Part shown: piece after piece, positions 1-8,789 of the stretch
Numbering within the stretch: position 1 is the first letter of the stretch
Layout: each line of letters starts with the position of its first letter
Origin: Patescibacteria group bacterium
Lineage (GTDB): Bacteria > Patescibacteriota > Patescibacteriia > JAHIZJ01
Reading direction: 5' to 3'
DNA length: 64,000 nt
NCBI GenBank assembly: GCA_041650335.1
Contig: JBAZLK010000001.1
Coordinates: forward strand, 36,940 to 100,939
Made by a program: the position numbers and the translations under genes
Notes under the pieces: generated by a model
Databases searched by the model: none
What the model saw: only the letters and a program-made list of their open reading frames with translations
Told to the model about the DNA's origin: nothing

Positions 1-1
1 T

Positions 2-451
2 CAAATAACGAAATACATCTATCTCAGCACGCGCCTGTATACGCGCAAGGATCTGGAACAGATTTTACGTTTGGGCGTGCAGGCGAATGTCGATCTTGAG
101 ATGGAAAAAATGGATCGGCCGAAAGACCTTCTGGCTTATCTCTGGATTCCGGTCAAGGATTTTAACTCGCCGTCGTTGGAACAGTTTTTTTTGGGAGTCG
201 ATTTTATCGACCAGCTGGTGCGGCGTCGGATTAAAACCATTGTGCATTGCAATGTCGGGTACGGCCGAGCGCCGACACTGGTTGCGGCCTACTTGATGGC
301 GATAAAAGGGTATTCCTTGAAACGCGCCATAACGTTTTTAAGCCACAAGCGTCCGGGTGTCCACCCGAGTCCGGGGCAGATTCGCGGCATGAAAGCGTTT
401 ATCCGCGCTTTTCGGTTAACCCAGAAAAGCAAGAGCAAAGTGGTCATATAG
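2..451 (+). CDS. dual-specificity/tyrosine protein phosphatase (5' end lies outside the window)
   Basis: The frame of ORF 71..451 stays open back to position 2. It carries the HC(X5)R phosphatase signature VHCNVGYGRAPT. Confidence 0.75.
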   Translation, partial: QITKYIYLSTRLYTRKDLEQILRLGVQANVDLEMEKMDRPKDLLAYLWIPVKDFNSPSLEQFFLGVDFIDQLVRRRIKTIVHCNVGYGRAPTLVAAYLMAIKGYSLKRAITFLSHKRPGVHPSPGQIRGMKAFIRAFRLTQKSKSKVVI

Positions 452-516
452 AACTCACGCGCCGACGGCCAGAGATTGTTCTAGCCGTTTTTGTATTTTC
501 CCGGTATACTAGCACT

Positions 517-1215
517 ATGCGCCTTCATGTTTTTTTAGCCAAATCCGGCATTGCCTCACGGCGGACCTGCGAAGAATACATTCGCCGCGGCTTTGTCACG
601 GTGAACGGAAAGAAAGTAACGGCCATGGGCGTGACGGTCGAGCCAGGAAAAGATGTGGTCGAATATAAACACCGGGTCGTGACACTGGCTCAATTGCCCC
701 GGCTGATTGCCTATTATAAACCCGTCGGGGTTGTTTCGACGATGCAGCGGAGTCAAGAACGGGGTAAATCGCTGAGCGAAGCGCTGCCGTTTCCTGAACG
801 GCTTTTTCCGATCGGCCGACTTGATAAGAATTCTGAGGGCTTGTTGTTGCTCACCAATGACGGCGCGCTGGCGCTCCAATTAAGCCATCCGCGCTACGAA
901 CACGAAAAAGAATATGAAGTGACGGTGGCGCGGCGGTTGGAACCGAATGAGCTTGAACGGCTGCGTCAACCTTTCTCGCTCGACGGCTATCGAACCAAGG
1001 CAGCGCAGATTGAGCCAGTCGGTGAGCGGACCTATCGTATTATCTTACATGAAGGTCGAAAACGACAGATTCGACGGATGTGCGAAAAAATAGGCGTCCC
1101 TGTTCTGCGACTCATTCGCGTGCGCCTGGGGCCGTTCGCGCTCGGCACGCTCCAACCGGGAGCTTGGCACGAGCTTGATATTCAGCAGGCCCAGCAAGTG
1201 CTTGCCGAAACATGA
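517..1215 (+). CDS. pseudouridine synthase, RsuA/RluB family (S4 RNA-binding + PSUS catalytic domain)
   Basis: Start is the ATG at 517 (MRLHVFLAKSGIASRR, an S4 motif). The catalytic Asp motif GRLDKNSEGLLLLTNDG is present. The ORF-track start at 247 is a spurious upstream extension. Confidence 0.85.
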   Translation: MRLHVFLAKSGIASRRTCEEYIRRGFVTVNGKKVTAMGVTVEPGKDVVEYKHRVVTLAQLPRLIAYYKPVGVVSTMQRSQERGKSLSEALPFPERLFPIGRLDKNSEGLLLLTNDGALALQLSHPRYEHEKEYEVTVARRLEPNELERLRQPFSLDGYRTKAAQIEPVGERTYRIILHEGRKRQIRRMCEKIGVPVLRLIRVRLGPFALGTLQPGAWHELDIQQAQQVLAET

Positions 1216-1886
1216 TACCGCTACGCGATCACAATCCATCGGGAAAAACCCCATATGTAACGTACGGCCTGATTTGTGTCAACGTCGCCGTTTTTGTCTA
1301 TATGCTGACCCTTGGCAGCGGGGTTGATGCGTTTATTGGCCGCTATGCGCTTACGCCGGCCGACATCCTGCGCGGAACGGGTTGGCTAACGTTCATCACC
1401 TCGATGTTTATTCACGGCGGCTTTTTACATATCATCGGGAACATGCTTTTTTTGTACATCTTCGGCGATAATCTGGAAGCGTATCTCGGACGGATCAAAT
1501 ATATCGCCTTTTATCTCGCGAGCGGTATTGTTGCCTCGGCTGCGCAATTTCTCATCGCGCCGCATTCCACGGTTCCGCAAATTGGCGCCTCGGGCGCGAT
1601 CGCCGGCATCATGGGCGCGTATCTGGCCCTCTTCCCAGACGCAAAAATCGAAACGCTCTGGATCCTCGGCTTTTGGATCCAGCGGGTCACGGTGTCAGCC
1701 CGATTCATGTTGCTCTATTGGATTATTTTCGAGTTCATTTACGGCTTTGGCAGCATCGGTGCGCAGGGCGGCGTCGCCTATTTCGCGCATATCGGCGGTT
1801 TTGTATTCGGCTACGGATTGATGAAAATCTCCGCCCGCAATCAGGGAAGAAAGATTCCGCCGCCGACTCGATACTTCTATCAGTGA
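1212..1886 (+). CDS. rhomboid-family intramembrane serine protease
   Basis: Multi-TM protein with the GASGAIAG Ser motif and the AHIGGF His motif. The start overlaps the upstream stop (ATGA). Confidence 0.85.
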   Translation: MIPLRDHNPSGKTPYVTYGLICVNVAVFVYMLTLGSGVDAFIGRYALTPADILRGTGWLTFITSMFIHGGFLHIIGNMLFLYIFGDNLEAYLGRIKYIAFYLASGIVASAAQFLIAPHSTVPQIGASGAIAGIMGAYLALFPDAKIETLWILGFWIQRVTVSARFMLLYWIIFEFIYGFGSIGAQGGVAYFAHIGGFVFGYGLMKISARNQGRKIPPPTRYFYQ

Positions 1887-2040
1887 TGTTGAGTGCTTGA
1901 CAGGAAGAGCGAAATCCTATTAGATACAGACGAAAATAGCAGTGTTGCTCGATAGATTCGGGGACGATCTTTGTCATTGTCCATTCACTCACGGCTTCGG
2001 TTACCGGCGGGGCGCTACTCAGTCTCGCAGGAGGCATGTC

Positions 2041-3159
2041 ATGCCAGGTGTTAGGATTACGGGCATCGGTTCCTATGTCCCTGATGGGGCGGTAGTGAAT
2101 GCGGTGCTATCAGAACAGATGAACAAAGTGCTGCGCGGATTAGCTGACGAGGGCAGGATTGATCCAGCGGCGCTGCGCGGTCTCGAGTGTGATCCGAACT
2201 GGATCGTTGAGCGGACCGGCATTAAAGAGCGCCGTATTGCCGCACCCGAACAGGCCACGAGCGATCTGGCGGTGATGGCGATCCGTCAATGCTTGACTCG
2301 TTCCAGGTACTGGCCGATGGACGGCAGCGCGCTGGTCGTCGGCACGGTCATGGGCGATGAGCCGATTACGCCGTCCACGGCGGCCCGGGTTCAGCACGGG
2401 CTGAGCTTGCCGGTCCGGCATCCAGACGGTCGGTTAGTCGATCGGATGACCTGCGACACTAGCTCTGCCTGCACGAGTTTCGGCGCGGCGCTATTTCTGA
2501 TGGAATCGTTAATTCGTTCGGGTAATCGAAGCGGTGGCGTCGCGGTTGGCGCAGATGTCGGATCGCGACTGGCCAACCAGCGGGTTCGCGGCATCGCGCC
2601 AATCCTGGCCGACGCAGGTTTTGCCATGAGCCTGGAGGCAACCAAGGATCCGGCGCTGGACTGTTTTCTGCCCGACGGCCGGAGTTTCTTCTTCGGGTGC
2701 GACGGTGGGTTTGCCGAAGAGATCATCTGTCGGGCCGGTGGAACCAGAAAACCGACGACTGCCGAGATGCGGGCCGATCCGCTCAACCAGGACCCGTACA
2801 TCTTCATGAACGGCAATTCGGTGTTCAGGAAAATCATTCGGCTGGTGCGCGACGAGGTCATTGGCCAGGCACTCGCCAAGGCCGGCCTCACCCTGGCGGA
2901 CATCGGTCTATTTGTGCTCCACCAAGCTAACCTACGGATGATCGAGCCGATCACGCAGGCGCTGGAGATCGGGGAGGATAGGACGTTCAATAACATTCAG
3001 ACGCGGGGGAACACGATCTCGGCTTCGGTAGGCTTGTGCCTAGATGACGCACAGCAGCAGGGGGTACTCAAGCCGGGGATGACGGTCATGCTGATCGTCT
3101 TCGGCGGCGGGTTCACCTGGGGGACGATCATCCTGAAGTGGCCGGAGCTAAGGGCGTAG
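2041..3159 (+). CDS. 3-oxoacyl-ACP synthase III (FabH)-like condensing enzyme
   Basis: AGGAGG sits 7 nt upstream of the ATG at 2041. The Cys/His/Asn triad positions are present (SSACTSF, HQANLRM, GNTISAS). The ORF-track start at 1942 is an extension. Confidence 0.75.
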   Translation: MPGVRITGIGSYVPDGAVVNAVLSEQMNKVLRGLADEGRIDPAALRGLECDPNWIVERTGIKERRIAAPEQATSDLAVMAIRQCLTRSRYWPMDGSALVVGTVMGDEPITPSTAARVQHGLSLPVRHPDGRLVDRMTCDTSSACTSFGAALFLMESLIRSGNRSGGVAVGADVGSRLANQRVRGIAPILADAGFAMSLEATKDPALDCFLPDGRSFFFGCDGGFAEEIICRAGGTRKPTTAEMRADPLNQDPYIFMNGNSVFRKIIRLVRDEVIGQALAKAGLTLADIGLFVLHQANLRMIEPITQALEIGEDRTFNNIQTRGNTISASVGLCLDDAQQQGVLKPGMTVMLIVFGGGFTWGTIILKWPELRA

Positions 3160-3191
3160 CTGTTGAATCGTACAACCAACGAGGGGTTTGC

Positions 3192-3221
3192 GGGAGAGTC
3201 TTCGGACGGCTCCCTTTTTTC
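3192..3221 (+). terminator. rho-independent terminator after the FabH-like gene
   Basis: GGGAGAGTC-ttcg-GACGGCTCCC hairpin followed by TTTTTT. Confidence 0.5.
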
Positions 3222-3285
3222 TTGCCAAACGCCAGGTACTTTGGTATGATGCGGGCAAGAGTAATTATCCATAATTTTTTTTACC

Positions 3286-3507
3286 ATGAAAATACAAGTT
3301 CAACGCGATCTCTGCATCAGCGCCGCTTCATGCGTGGCGGTGGCGCCAGGGGTATTTCAGCTCGATACCGAGGGTAAGGTGTATGTTGTGGACCCAAAGG
3401 GCGCCGATGAAGCGACAATATTGGAAGCGGCTCGCTCGTGCCCGGTCCAGTGTATCACCATTACCGATGACGCCGGAAAACAATTGTATCCGGAAGCAGC
3501 AAAATAG
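3286..3507 (+). CDS. small ferredoxin (4-Cys, mono-cluster type)
   Basis: 73 aa with Cys at positions 10/16 and 52/56 (CISAASC ... CPVQC), consistent with a small Fe-S ferredoxin. Confidence 0.55.
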   Translation: MKIQVQRDLCISAASCVAVAPGVFQLDTEGKVYVVDPKGADEATILEAARSCPVQCITITDDAGKQLYPEAAK

Positions 3508-3539
3508 CACGTATAATAAATTCATCGTTGAGATAATCT

Positions 3540-3797
3540 ATGGTAGTAAATAAGAAAAAGAAGACGCCTCCAGCCAGCCGCACCGCAATCGAAAAGGCGA
3601 TTGAGGGTTTACGATCAGCGATCCAGGCGGATGGCGGCGATGTGTCATTCGTGAGTTTTCGGCAGGGCGTGGTCACGGTAGCCCTACAAGGCGCCTGCGC
3701 CACCTGTCCGCTTTCGACGCAAACACTGAAGCTCTATATCGAGCAACGACTGAGGCAAGAAGTGCCCGGGGTGAAAAAGGTCGAACAGCAAGTCTAA
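3540..3797 (+). CDS. NifU-like Fe-S cluster scaffold domain protein (Nfu C-terminal type)
   Basis: Carries the GGDVSFVSF...GACATCP (CxxC) NifU-domain signature. Confidence 0.75.
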   Translation: MVVNKKKKTPPASRTAIEKAIEGLRSAIQADGGDVSFVSFRQGVVTVALQGACATCPLSTQTLKLYIEQRLRQEVPGVKKVEQQV

Positions 3798-3899
3798 TAA
3801 TTCGATGTTCCCCGAAATATCTTCTGGTACGGCCGTGAGGCAGTAGCACGAAGACATTTCGTCACCATACGGCTCTCTGACATCGAAAGGAGGTACCTG

Positions 3900-4568
3900 A
3901 TGAACGTGACCGTTGTCTCCAGCGGTCAGCGTTCACTCCTGGAAGCCTTGCGACAGCAACACCATTTTGACAAGGCAACCACGCAGCTTGTCTCTTGTCA
4001 TCCAGGGACGGAAGCGACCGATGGCATTCTTTCGTGGCTACCTGGCCAGCCTCTCCATACGGTGGCTGGCATTGACACGACCAGATGGCTCATCCTCATT
4101 CACTGTGGGCGCTGTCTGACGGCTGAAGAAATCCGAGCCTTTCCGACGGTGGTGCAAATCTTCCCCGGACCGATCGAGTTTTTGCGGGCCGACCTCGACG
4201 AGGTGGATGTTCAGGGGGTCGGTATTCAAGCGGCAATTCTGCGTTATCTCGAGTTGACCAAGCAGGATTCGGGACATACCTGCGTCACGGTGCTCTGGCA
4301 CTCAGTCGACGAAGCAAGTCAGATTGTATCGGTGCCAATCAGTGAAGTTTGGGTACCGGTCTTTCTGTCGGCGGTTGATCCCGAAGAACTGATGGATGAA
4401 CTCTGGTCGCGCGAAGCGCTTGAGTTGATTCATCTCAAGTGCGGGCGGACAGCGTTGAGGCCGCTCCCGGCAAACCGGATCCGACAGGCGGATTTCACGC
4501 GGACCAAGGAATTGGAGGTGGCATTGAGGTTTGGGAAAGACTATGCCCTGCGAACGCAGGCAGCTTGA
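3900..4568 (+). CDS. hypothetical protein
   Basis: Strong SD GAAAGGAGGTACCTG directly precedes the ATG. No recognisable motif and no TM segment. Confidence 0.5.
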   Translation: MNVTVVSSGQRSLLEALRQQHHFDKATTQLVSCHPGTEATDGILSWLPGQPLHTVAGIDTTRWLILIHCGRCLTAEEIRAFPTVVQIFPGPIEFLRADLDEVDVQGVGIQAAILRYLELTKQDSGHTCVTVLWHSVDEASQIVSVPISEVWVPVFLSAVDPEELMDELWSREALELIHLKCGRTALRPLPANRIRQADFTRTKELEVALRFGKDYALRTQAA

Positions 4569-4597
4569 GACATGGTGAGTCAGTCTGTTTTCAGCGA

Positions 4598-4639
4598 CCG
4601 CCTATGGGTTTCATACCCACGGGCGGATTTTATTTTTTA
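4598..4639 (+). terminator. putative rho-independent terminator
   Basis: Imperfect hairpin CCGCCTATGGGT...ACCCACGGGCGG followed by a T-rich run (ATTTTATTTTTTAT). Confidence 0.4.
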
Positions 4640-4669
4640 TTGACATAGGTAAAATCGTGTGGTTAGATA
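4640..4669 (+). promoter_or_regulatory. sigma70-like promoter for purH (TTGACA -N17/18- TTAGATA)
   Basis: TTGACA at 4640-4645 and a TAGATA-like -10 at about 4663-4669, with the SD GGAAGGAGGTACTGA before the ATG at 4724. Confidence 0.4.
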
Positions 4670-4723
4670 GGGGCGTTCATGTTTCTGGCGAAGTGGAGTA
4701 AACGGTACGGAAGGAGGTACTGA

Positions 4724-6331
4724 ATGGCCTTTCCAAGACGGCCAAAGAACGCGCTTCTCGCGTCCTTCCAGAAGGACGAGCGGCTATCGGGGTTCGCCCA
4801 GGGGTTGCATGATCTGGGTTGGCAAGAGTGGGGTAGCGCGGGGACGGCAGAGTTCTTGATGGGTCAGGGTGTCGAAATCACCGACCTTGAGACTCTCACC
4901 GGTTTCCCGCCTCTGATGGATCACCGGCTGGCTACGCTGAGCCATCGGATTCATGGCGGCATCCTCTGCCGTGATGACCCGAGCGATATTAGCGATCTGG
5001 CTAAGCTAGGCGGCATTCCGTTCGGCCTGGTCTTCGTGGATCTCTATCCCGTTATGCGGGCGATCCGCGAAGGCAAGCCGTTCGAGGAAATCATCAGACT
5101 CATCGACATCGGCGGCCCGACTCTGCTGCGCGGGGCGGCCAAGGCGCACACGTATGGTTGCATCCCTGTATGCGACCTGGACGATTGTCAGATGGTACTC
5201 GGGCTGCTTGAGACCGACAGCCTGACCGACGACATACTTACCCAGCTAGCGCAGAAGGTGTTTGCCACCATGTCGGCCTACGACGGCGTGATCGCCGGGT
5301 ATCTGTCCGGACTCGGGCCGGTTCGTTCGCTCTATCTGCCGATGTTGCTGGGCGAACAGGCCCTCCGGTACGGCGAGAACCCGCATCAGGAAGCCTGGAT
5401 CTACCAGCTGCCAGGCGAAGATCTTTTGGCCTGGCACCGCTGGGAACTGCTCCAGGGAAAGCAGATGTCGTACAACAACTGGCGGGACTGGGACGCGGCG
5501 CTCCAGGCGCTCGGACATCTGGTCCGACCGAGCATGGAAGCGAGCGTCGTCATGAAGCACCGGAACCCGGTCGGCTGTCTCGTAACGGAGCAGGGAATCG
5601 AGGCGGGTGTGTTGCTTCAACGCGCCTGGGAAGGTGACGAGCTGGCGGCATTCGGCGGAGTGATCGGGTTGACGCTGCCGATCGATTTGCCGGCCGCTCA
5701 GTATCTCACCTCGAAGTTCGCGGAAGTGGTGATGGCGCCGGCTGTTACCGAAGAGGCTCGGGAGGTGTTGGCGCGGAAGCCTAATCTGCGCGTGCTCGTG
5801 AACCCGGCCTTGGGCGAGCTGCGTCATCATCCGGCGCCGGAATATGAGCATGTCCAGATCCGCGGCGGCGCACTCAGGCAGATGGCGAACCAGCATCATC
5901 TCGAGGCCAGCGATCTGTACCACGCGGCCGGACCCGAAATCGACCCAGCACTGATTCCCGATCTGCTGACCGCCTGGGCAATCTGCCAGTCGGCCGTGTC
6001 GAACACGGTCTGTGTCGTATGGGCGGGTCGTTTGCTCGGTATCGGCGCGGGTGATCCAGCTCGCGTTCAGGCGGCTCGGACGGCGGTTGAGGCGGCAGCC
6101 CGGCATACGGACAGCCATATGGCCCATTTCTCAGTGGCAGCATCGGACTCGTTCTTCCCGTTCCCGGACGGCGCTGAAGTGCTGATCGATGCTGGCGTGA
6201 AGGCGATTCTTCATCCGGGCGGTTCGGTCAAGGACAAGGACACGGAGGCGCTCTGCAACGCTCGCGGCGTGCCGCTCTACTACACCTCGGCTGATCCGAA
6301 GAACGCCATGATCCGGGCGTTTCGTCATTGA
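4724..6331 (+). CDS. purH: bifunctional AICAR transformylase / IMP cyclohydrolase PurH (divergent)
   Basis: Collinear PurH motifs are present: GFPPLMDHRLATLSHRIHGGIL, IDIGGPTLLRGAAKAH, RYGENPHQEA, KQMSYNN, KHRNPVG, AFGGVIG, IGAGDPARV, SDSFFPFPDG, HPGGSVKD and a C-terminal RAFRH. Confidence 0.85.
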   Translation: MAFPRRPKNALLASFQKDERLSGFAQGLHDLGWQEWGSAGTAEFLMGQGVEITDLETLTGFPPLMDHRLATLSHRIHGGILCRDDPSDISDLAKLGGIPFGLVFVDLYPVMRAIREGKPFEEIIRLIDIGGPTLLRGAAKAHTYGCIPVCDLDDCQMVLGLLETDSLTDDILTQLAQKVFATMSAYDGVIAGYLSGLGPVRSLYLPMLLGEQALRYGENPHQEAWIYQLPGEDLLAWHRWELLQGKQMSYNNWRDWDAALQALGHLVRPSMEASVVMKHRNPVGCLVTEQGIEAGVLLQRAWEGDELAAFGGVIGLTLPIDLPAAQYLTSKFAEVVMAPAVTEEAREVLARKPNLRVLVNPALGELRHHPAPEYEHVQIRGGALRQMANQHHLEASDLYHAAGPEIDPALIPDLLTAWAICQSAVSNTVCVVWAGRLLGIGAGDPARVQAARTAVEAAARHTDSHMAHFSVAASDSFFPFPDGAEVLIDAGVKAILHPGGSVKDKDTEALCNARGVPLYYTSADPKNAMIRAFRH

Positions 6332-6383
6332 TCATTCGGGTTTCGCGGACGCGCACCTCTCGGTGTTCGCCCGCTTTTCTTTT

Positions 6384-6392
6384 TGGTATAAT
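6384..6392 (+). promoter_or_regulatory. extended -10 element (TGgTATAAT) 7 nt before the ATG at 6400; leaderless start
   Basis: The TATAAT hexamer ends at 6392 and the start codon is at 6400, with no SD. Confidence 0.45.
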
Positions 6393-6399
6393 AAACAGT

Positions 6400-7836
6400 A
6401 TGTTGAATCCAAAGCGAGAATTATTTCGCTGGGGGCCGATACCGGGACGGCTCATATCGATCGATGACTGGAGCGCTATCTTCCAGCTCTACCCTGGGCG
6501 TTTACACCGTTTTTGCTGGTCTGATTCATACCAGATATTTCGAAATGGCGAGATGCTGTTTGTGTCAGATATGCATGATTTTGAACGAGTTGCCGGCCGG
6601 GTATTTCAGCAAATATTCGATCGTAAATCACTGACGCGCTACCAAAAGGCTTGGCGGACCAGCGTCCGCAATCTTTTCGACTACTGTCGGAGTATTACTG
6701 CTACTCGGTTGTCAGGGCTACCCGATCGCGCCCTGGAAACTGAATGGAAAAAATTTCACGAGCTGCTCAAACATTTTTGGGAACCGGCCGTCATTCCGGA
6801 ACTGGCGGCGTATGGCGGCGCACCGGAACTACGGCGGCTGTTAAGCCGGCACGGTTTGAATGGGGAAGCGCTGCAAACTGTTACCGCGAGGCTGTCAGCC
6901 CCGGAGCTTTTGTCATTTTATCAAGAGGAAGAACGCGACTTTCTGAAACTCTTTCGGCTGCGATCAAAAACAGCTCGGTATAAGGCTCTAAAAAACCACT
7001 ACCAGCGGTATAATTGGATAGAAAATTCCTATGGTGCCGTGCAATTCTTGACGCTGGCGGATTTCCAGCGGCAGTTGCGCGACCGAAAACAAGGCTGGTC
7101 ACAGCGTGCCCGCGCCATTGACCGCCACATTGCGACAGTACGTCGGGAAAAGGCTCGGGTGATAAGAGAATATCGGTTATCAAAGACGATCTGTCGGACG
7201 GCGGATAGGCTCAGCCTGGCTATCGGTTGGCAGGATGAGCGAAAGAAGCAGATCTTCCGGTATTTGCATTTTCAGGAATTGTTCCTGCGCGAATTTTCAC
7301 GCCGTTCTGGTGTGCCGCTGGTTCAGTTAAGCACAGCGATGGTATCTGAAGTCGTATCAAAACCGACTCGACAAAAAAAATACGAGTGGCGCCGAAGGTA
7401 TAAGTATCCCCACGTGCTCATATTAGGCCGGCGAGTTCATCGCGTTTTGAGCGGCGCGTCGGCGCGAAAAATTGTTCGGGATTTTTTCCAGACGCCGAAA
7501 CCGCTGCAGCGCAAAGAGTTAACCGGCATCGTTGCCCATTCAGGTTCAGCCAGGATCGTCGGACGCGTATTCGTCGTGCGCAATCACGAGCAACTAAAGC
7601 GCTTTCCGGCGGGCGCCATCCTGGTGAGCACGCAGACGGCCCCGGAATACGTAACCGCCATTCGAAAATCAAGGGCGATAGTGACTGATGCCGGCGGAAT
7701 CACCTCGCACGCGGCGATTGTGGCCCGGGAATATGACAAACCATGCATCGTTGGAACAAAATACGCGACCAGCATACTGCGAACAGGGGATCGTATTGCG
7801 GTTGACGCACGGAAGGGATTAGTGGTTAAGTTATAA
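6400..7836 (+). CDS. PEP-utilising-enzyme mobile (phosphohistidine) domain protein with an unassigned ~350-aa N-terminal region
   Basis: The C-terminus carries VTDAGGITSHAAIVAREYDKPCIVG, the PEP-utilisers His-domain signature. The N-terminal region has no recognisable motif. Confidence 0.7.
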   Translation: MLNPKRELFRWGPIPGRLISIDDWSAIFQLYPGRLHRFCWSDSYQIFRNGEMLFVSDMHDFERVAGRVFQQIFDRKSLTRYQKAWRTSVRNLFDYCRSITATRLSGLPDRALETEWKKFHELLKHFWEPAVIPELAAYGGAPELRRLLSRHGLNGEALQTVTARLSAPELLSFYQEEERDFLKLFRLRSKTARYKALKNHYQRYNWIENSYGAVQFLTLADFQRQLRDRKQGWSQRARAIDRHIATVRREKARVIREYRLSKTICRTADRLSLAIGWQDERKKQIFRYLHFQELFLREFSRRSGVPLVQLSTAMVSEVVSKPTRQKKYEWRRRYKYPHVLILGRRVHRVLSGASARKIVRDFFQTPKPLQRKELTGIVAHSGSARIVGRVFVVRNHEQLKRFPAGAILVSTQTAPEYVTAIRKSRAIVTDAGGITSHAAIVAREYDKPCIVGTKYATSILRTGDRIAVDARKGLVVKL

Positions 7837-7859
7837 GGCTTACGATTAAGAAATACGGT

Positions 7860-8675
7860 ATGTCACTTTTTCAAACCCTTGAAGACAAAGCAAAACAAAA
7901 ACGCCGCCGGATCGGAATTTCCATCCTTCGTTGGAACGATCCGATTCGGGCCAGCTTGGAAAAAGCCAAAGCAATCGCCGATATTATCGTATATGGTGAC
8001 CCAAAATACGGCTTTAATGGCGTTACCAATGACAATCAGGAAGAGGTTGGTCGGCAGATGGTTCGGGATTATAAAGCGGGGAAGCTTGACCAATTCGTGC
8101 GCGGCCAGGTCGATGATTTCGGCACAGTCGATGAGTTTAAAAAGCAGTTTGGCGTTCCCGATGACCTAAGAAGATTCGGTCCGGCGCTGATGCGTGATGC
8201 TTTTGACCGCGAGTTCTGGATGATTCTCGTCTCTAATCCAGAAGGCCAAACCCTAGAGCAGAAAGTGAGGTATGCCGACGGCGTGCTGGCCTGGCTCAAG
8301 GAAATGTTCCCGTCATTTGTGCCGAAGGTGGCGGTGATGGCTACATGCCGGCCTGGCTCGGTTGGACGCGATCCGGTAATGACACAGAGCTACGAGCAGG
8401 CTGAGTCACTGGTCAGTCATCTATCCGGCGAAGGAATTGAGTCGAAAAATGTGCATATCGAGATCGAAAACGCGATTACCTGGTCAAATTTCATCATTCC
8501 GGCCAATGGCACAATCGGCAATCAGATTTTCCGGGCTCTCTGCTATCTCGGCAGAGGCAAAATTCTTGTCTGCCCGACAATACTGCCCGGCTACGGCATC
8601 TATGAAGACGACAGCCGGAACGAGGAGGATTGGTATCCACATATTGCGGCTGCAGCAGCCTATGTGAAAAAATAG
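7860..8675 (+). CDS. hypothetical protein
   Basis: Intact 271-aa ORF with only a vague resemblance to phosphate acyltransferase-like folds. No firm motif. Confidence 0.45.
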   Translation: MSLFQTLEDKAKQKRRRIGISILRWNDPIRASLEKAKAIADIIVYGDPKYGFNGVTNDNQEEVGRQMVRDYKAGKLDQFVRGQVDDFGTVDEFKKQFGVPDDLRRFGPALMRDAFDREFWMILVSNPEGQTLEQKVRYADGVLAWLKEMFPSFVPKVAVMATCRPGSVGRDPVMTQSYEQAESLVSHLSGEGIESKNVHIEIENAITWSNFIIPANGTIGNQIFRALCYLGRGKILVCPTILPGYGIYEDDSRNEEDWYPHIAAAAAYVKK

Positions 8676-8684
8676 TGACAATAA

Positions 8685-8712
8685 AAAACCGGGCAGAGAA
8701 CTCGGTTTTTTG
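8685..8712 (+). terminator. weak terminator for the + strand gene
   Basis: AAAACCG...CGGTTTT stem followed by a T run. Confidence 0.35.
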
Positions 8713-8726
8713 GAAATAAAAAATGA

Positions 8727-8753
8727 GGGCAAAGTTCTTTGCAGAACTTGCCC
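8727..8753 (-). terminator. rho-independent terminator for the convergent minus-strand M20 gene
   Basis: GGGCAAAGTTCT-ttgc-AGAACTTGCCC hairpin. On the minus strand it is followed by TTTTTTATTT. Confidence 0.5.
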
Positions 8754-8789
8754 TCGTGCGTAGTTGGCGGGAACAATGCCCGCCGTTGG

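Noticed and set aside
247-516. Upstream 90-codon extension of the pseudouridine synthase ORF (ORF-track start 247)
   Set aside because: It overlaps the phosphatase gene. The conserved S4 domain begins at the ATG at 517.
2391-2996. 201-aa antisense ORF inside the FabH-like gene
   Set aside because: Antisense to a motif-supported gene, with no SD or promoter context.
5246-6127. 293-aa antisense ORF inside purH
   Set aside because: Lies on the strand opposite a well-supported PurH coding frame. It is Arg-rich low-complexity with no start context.
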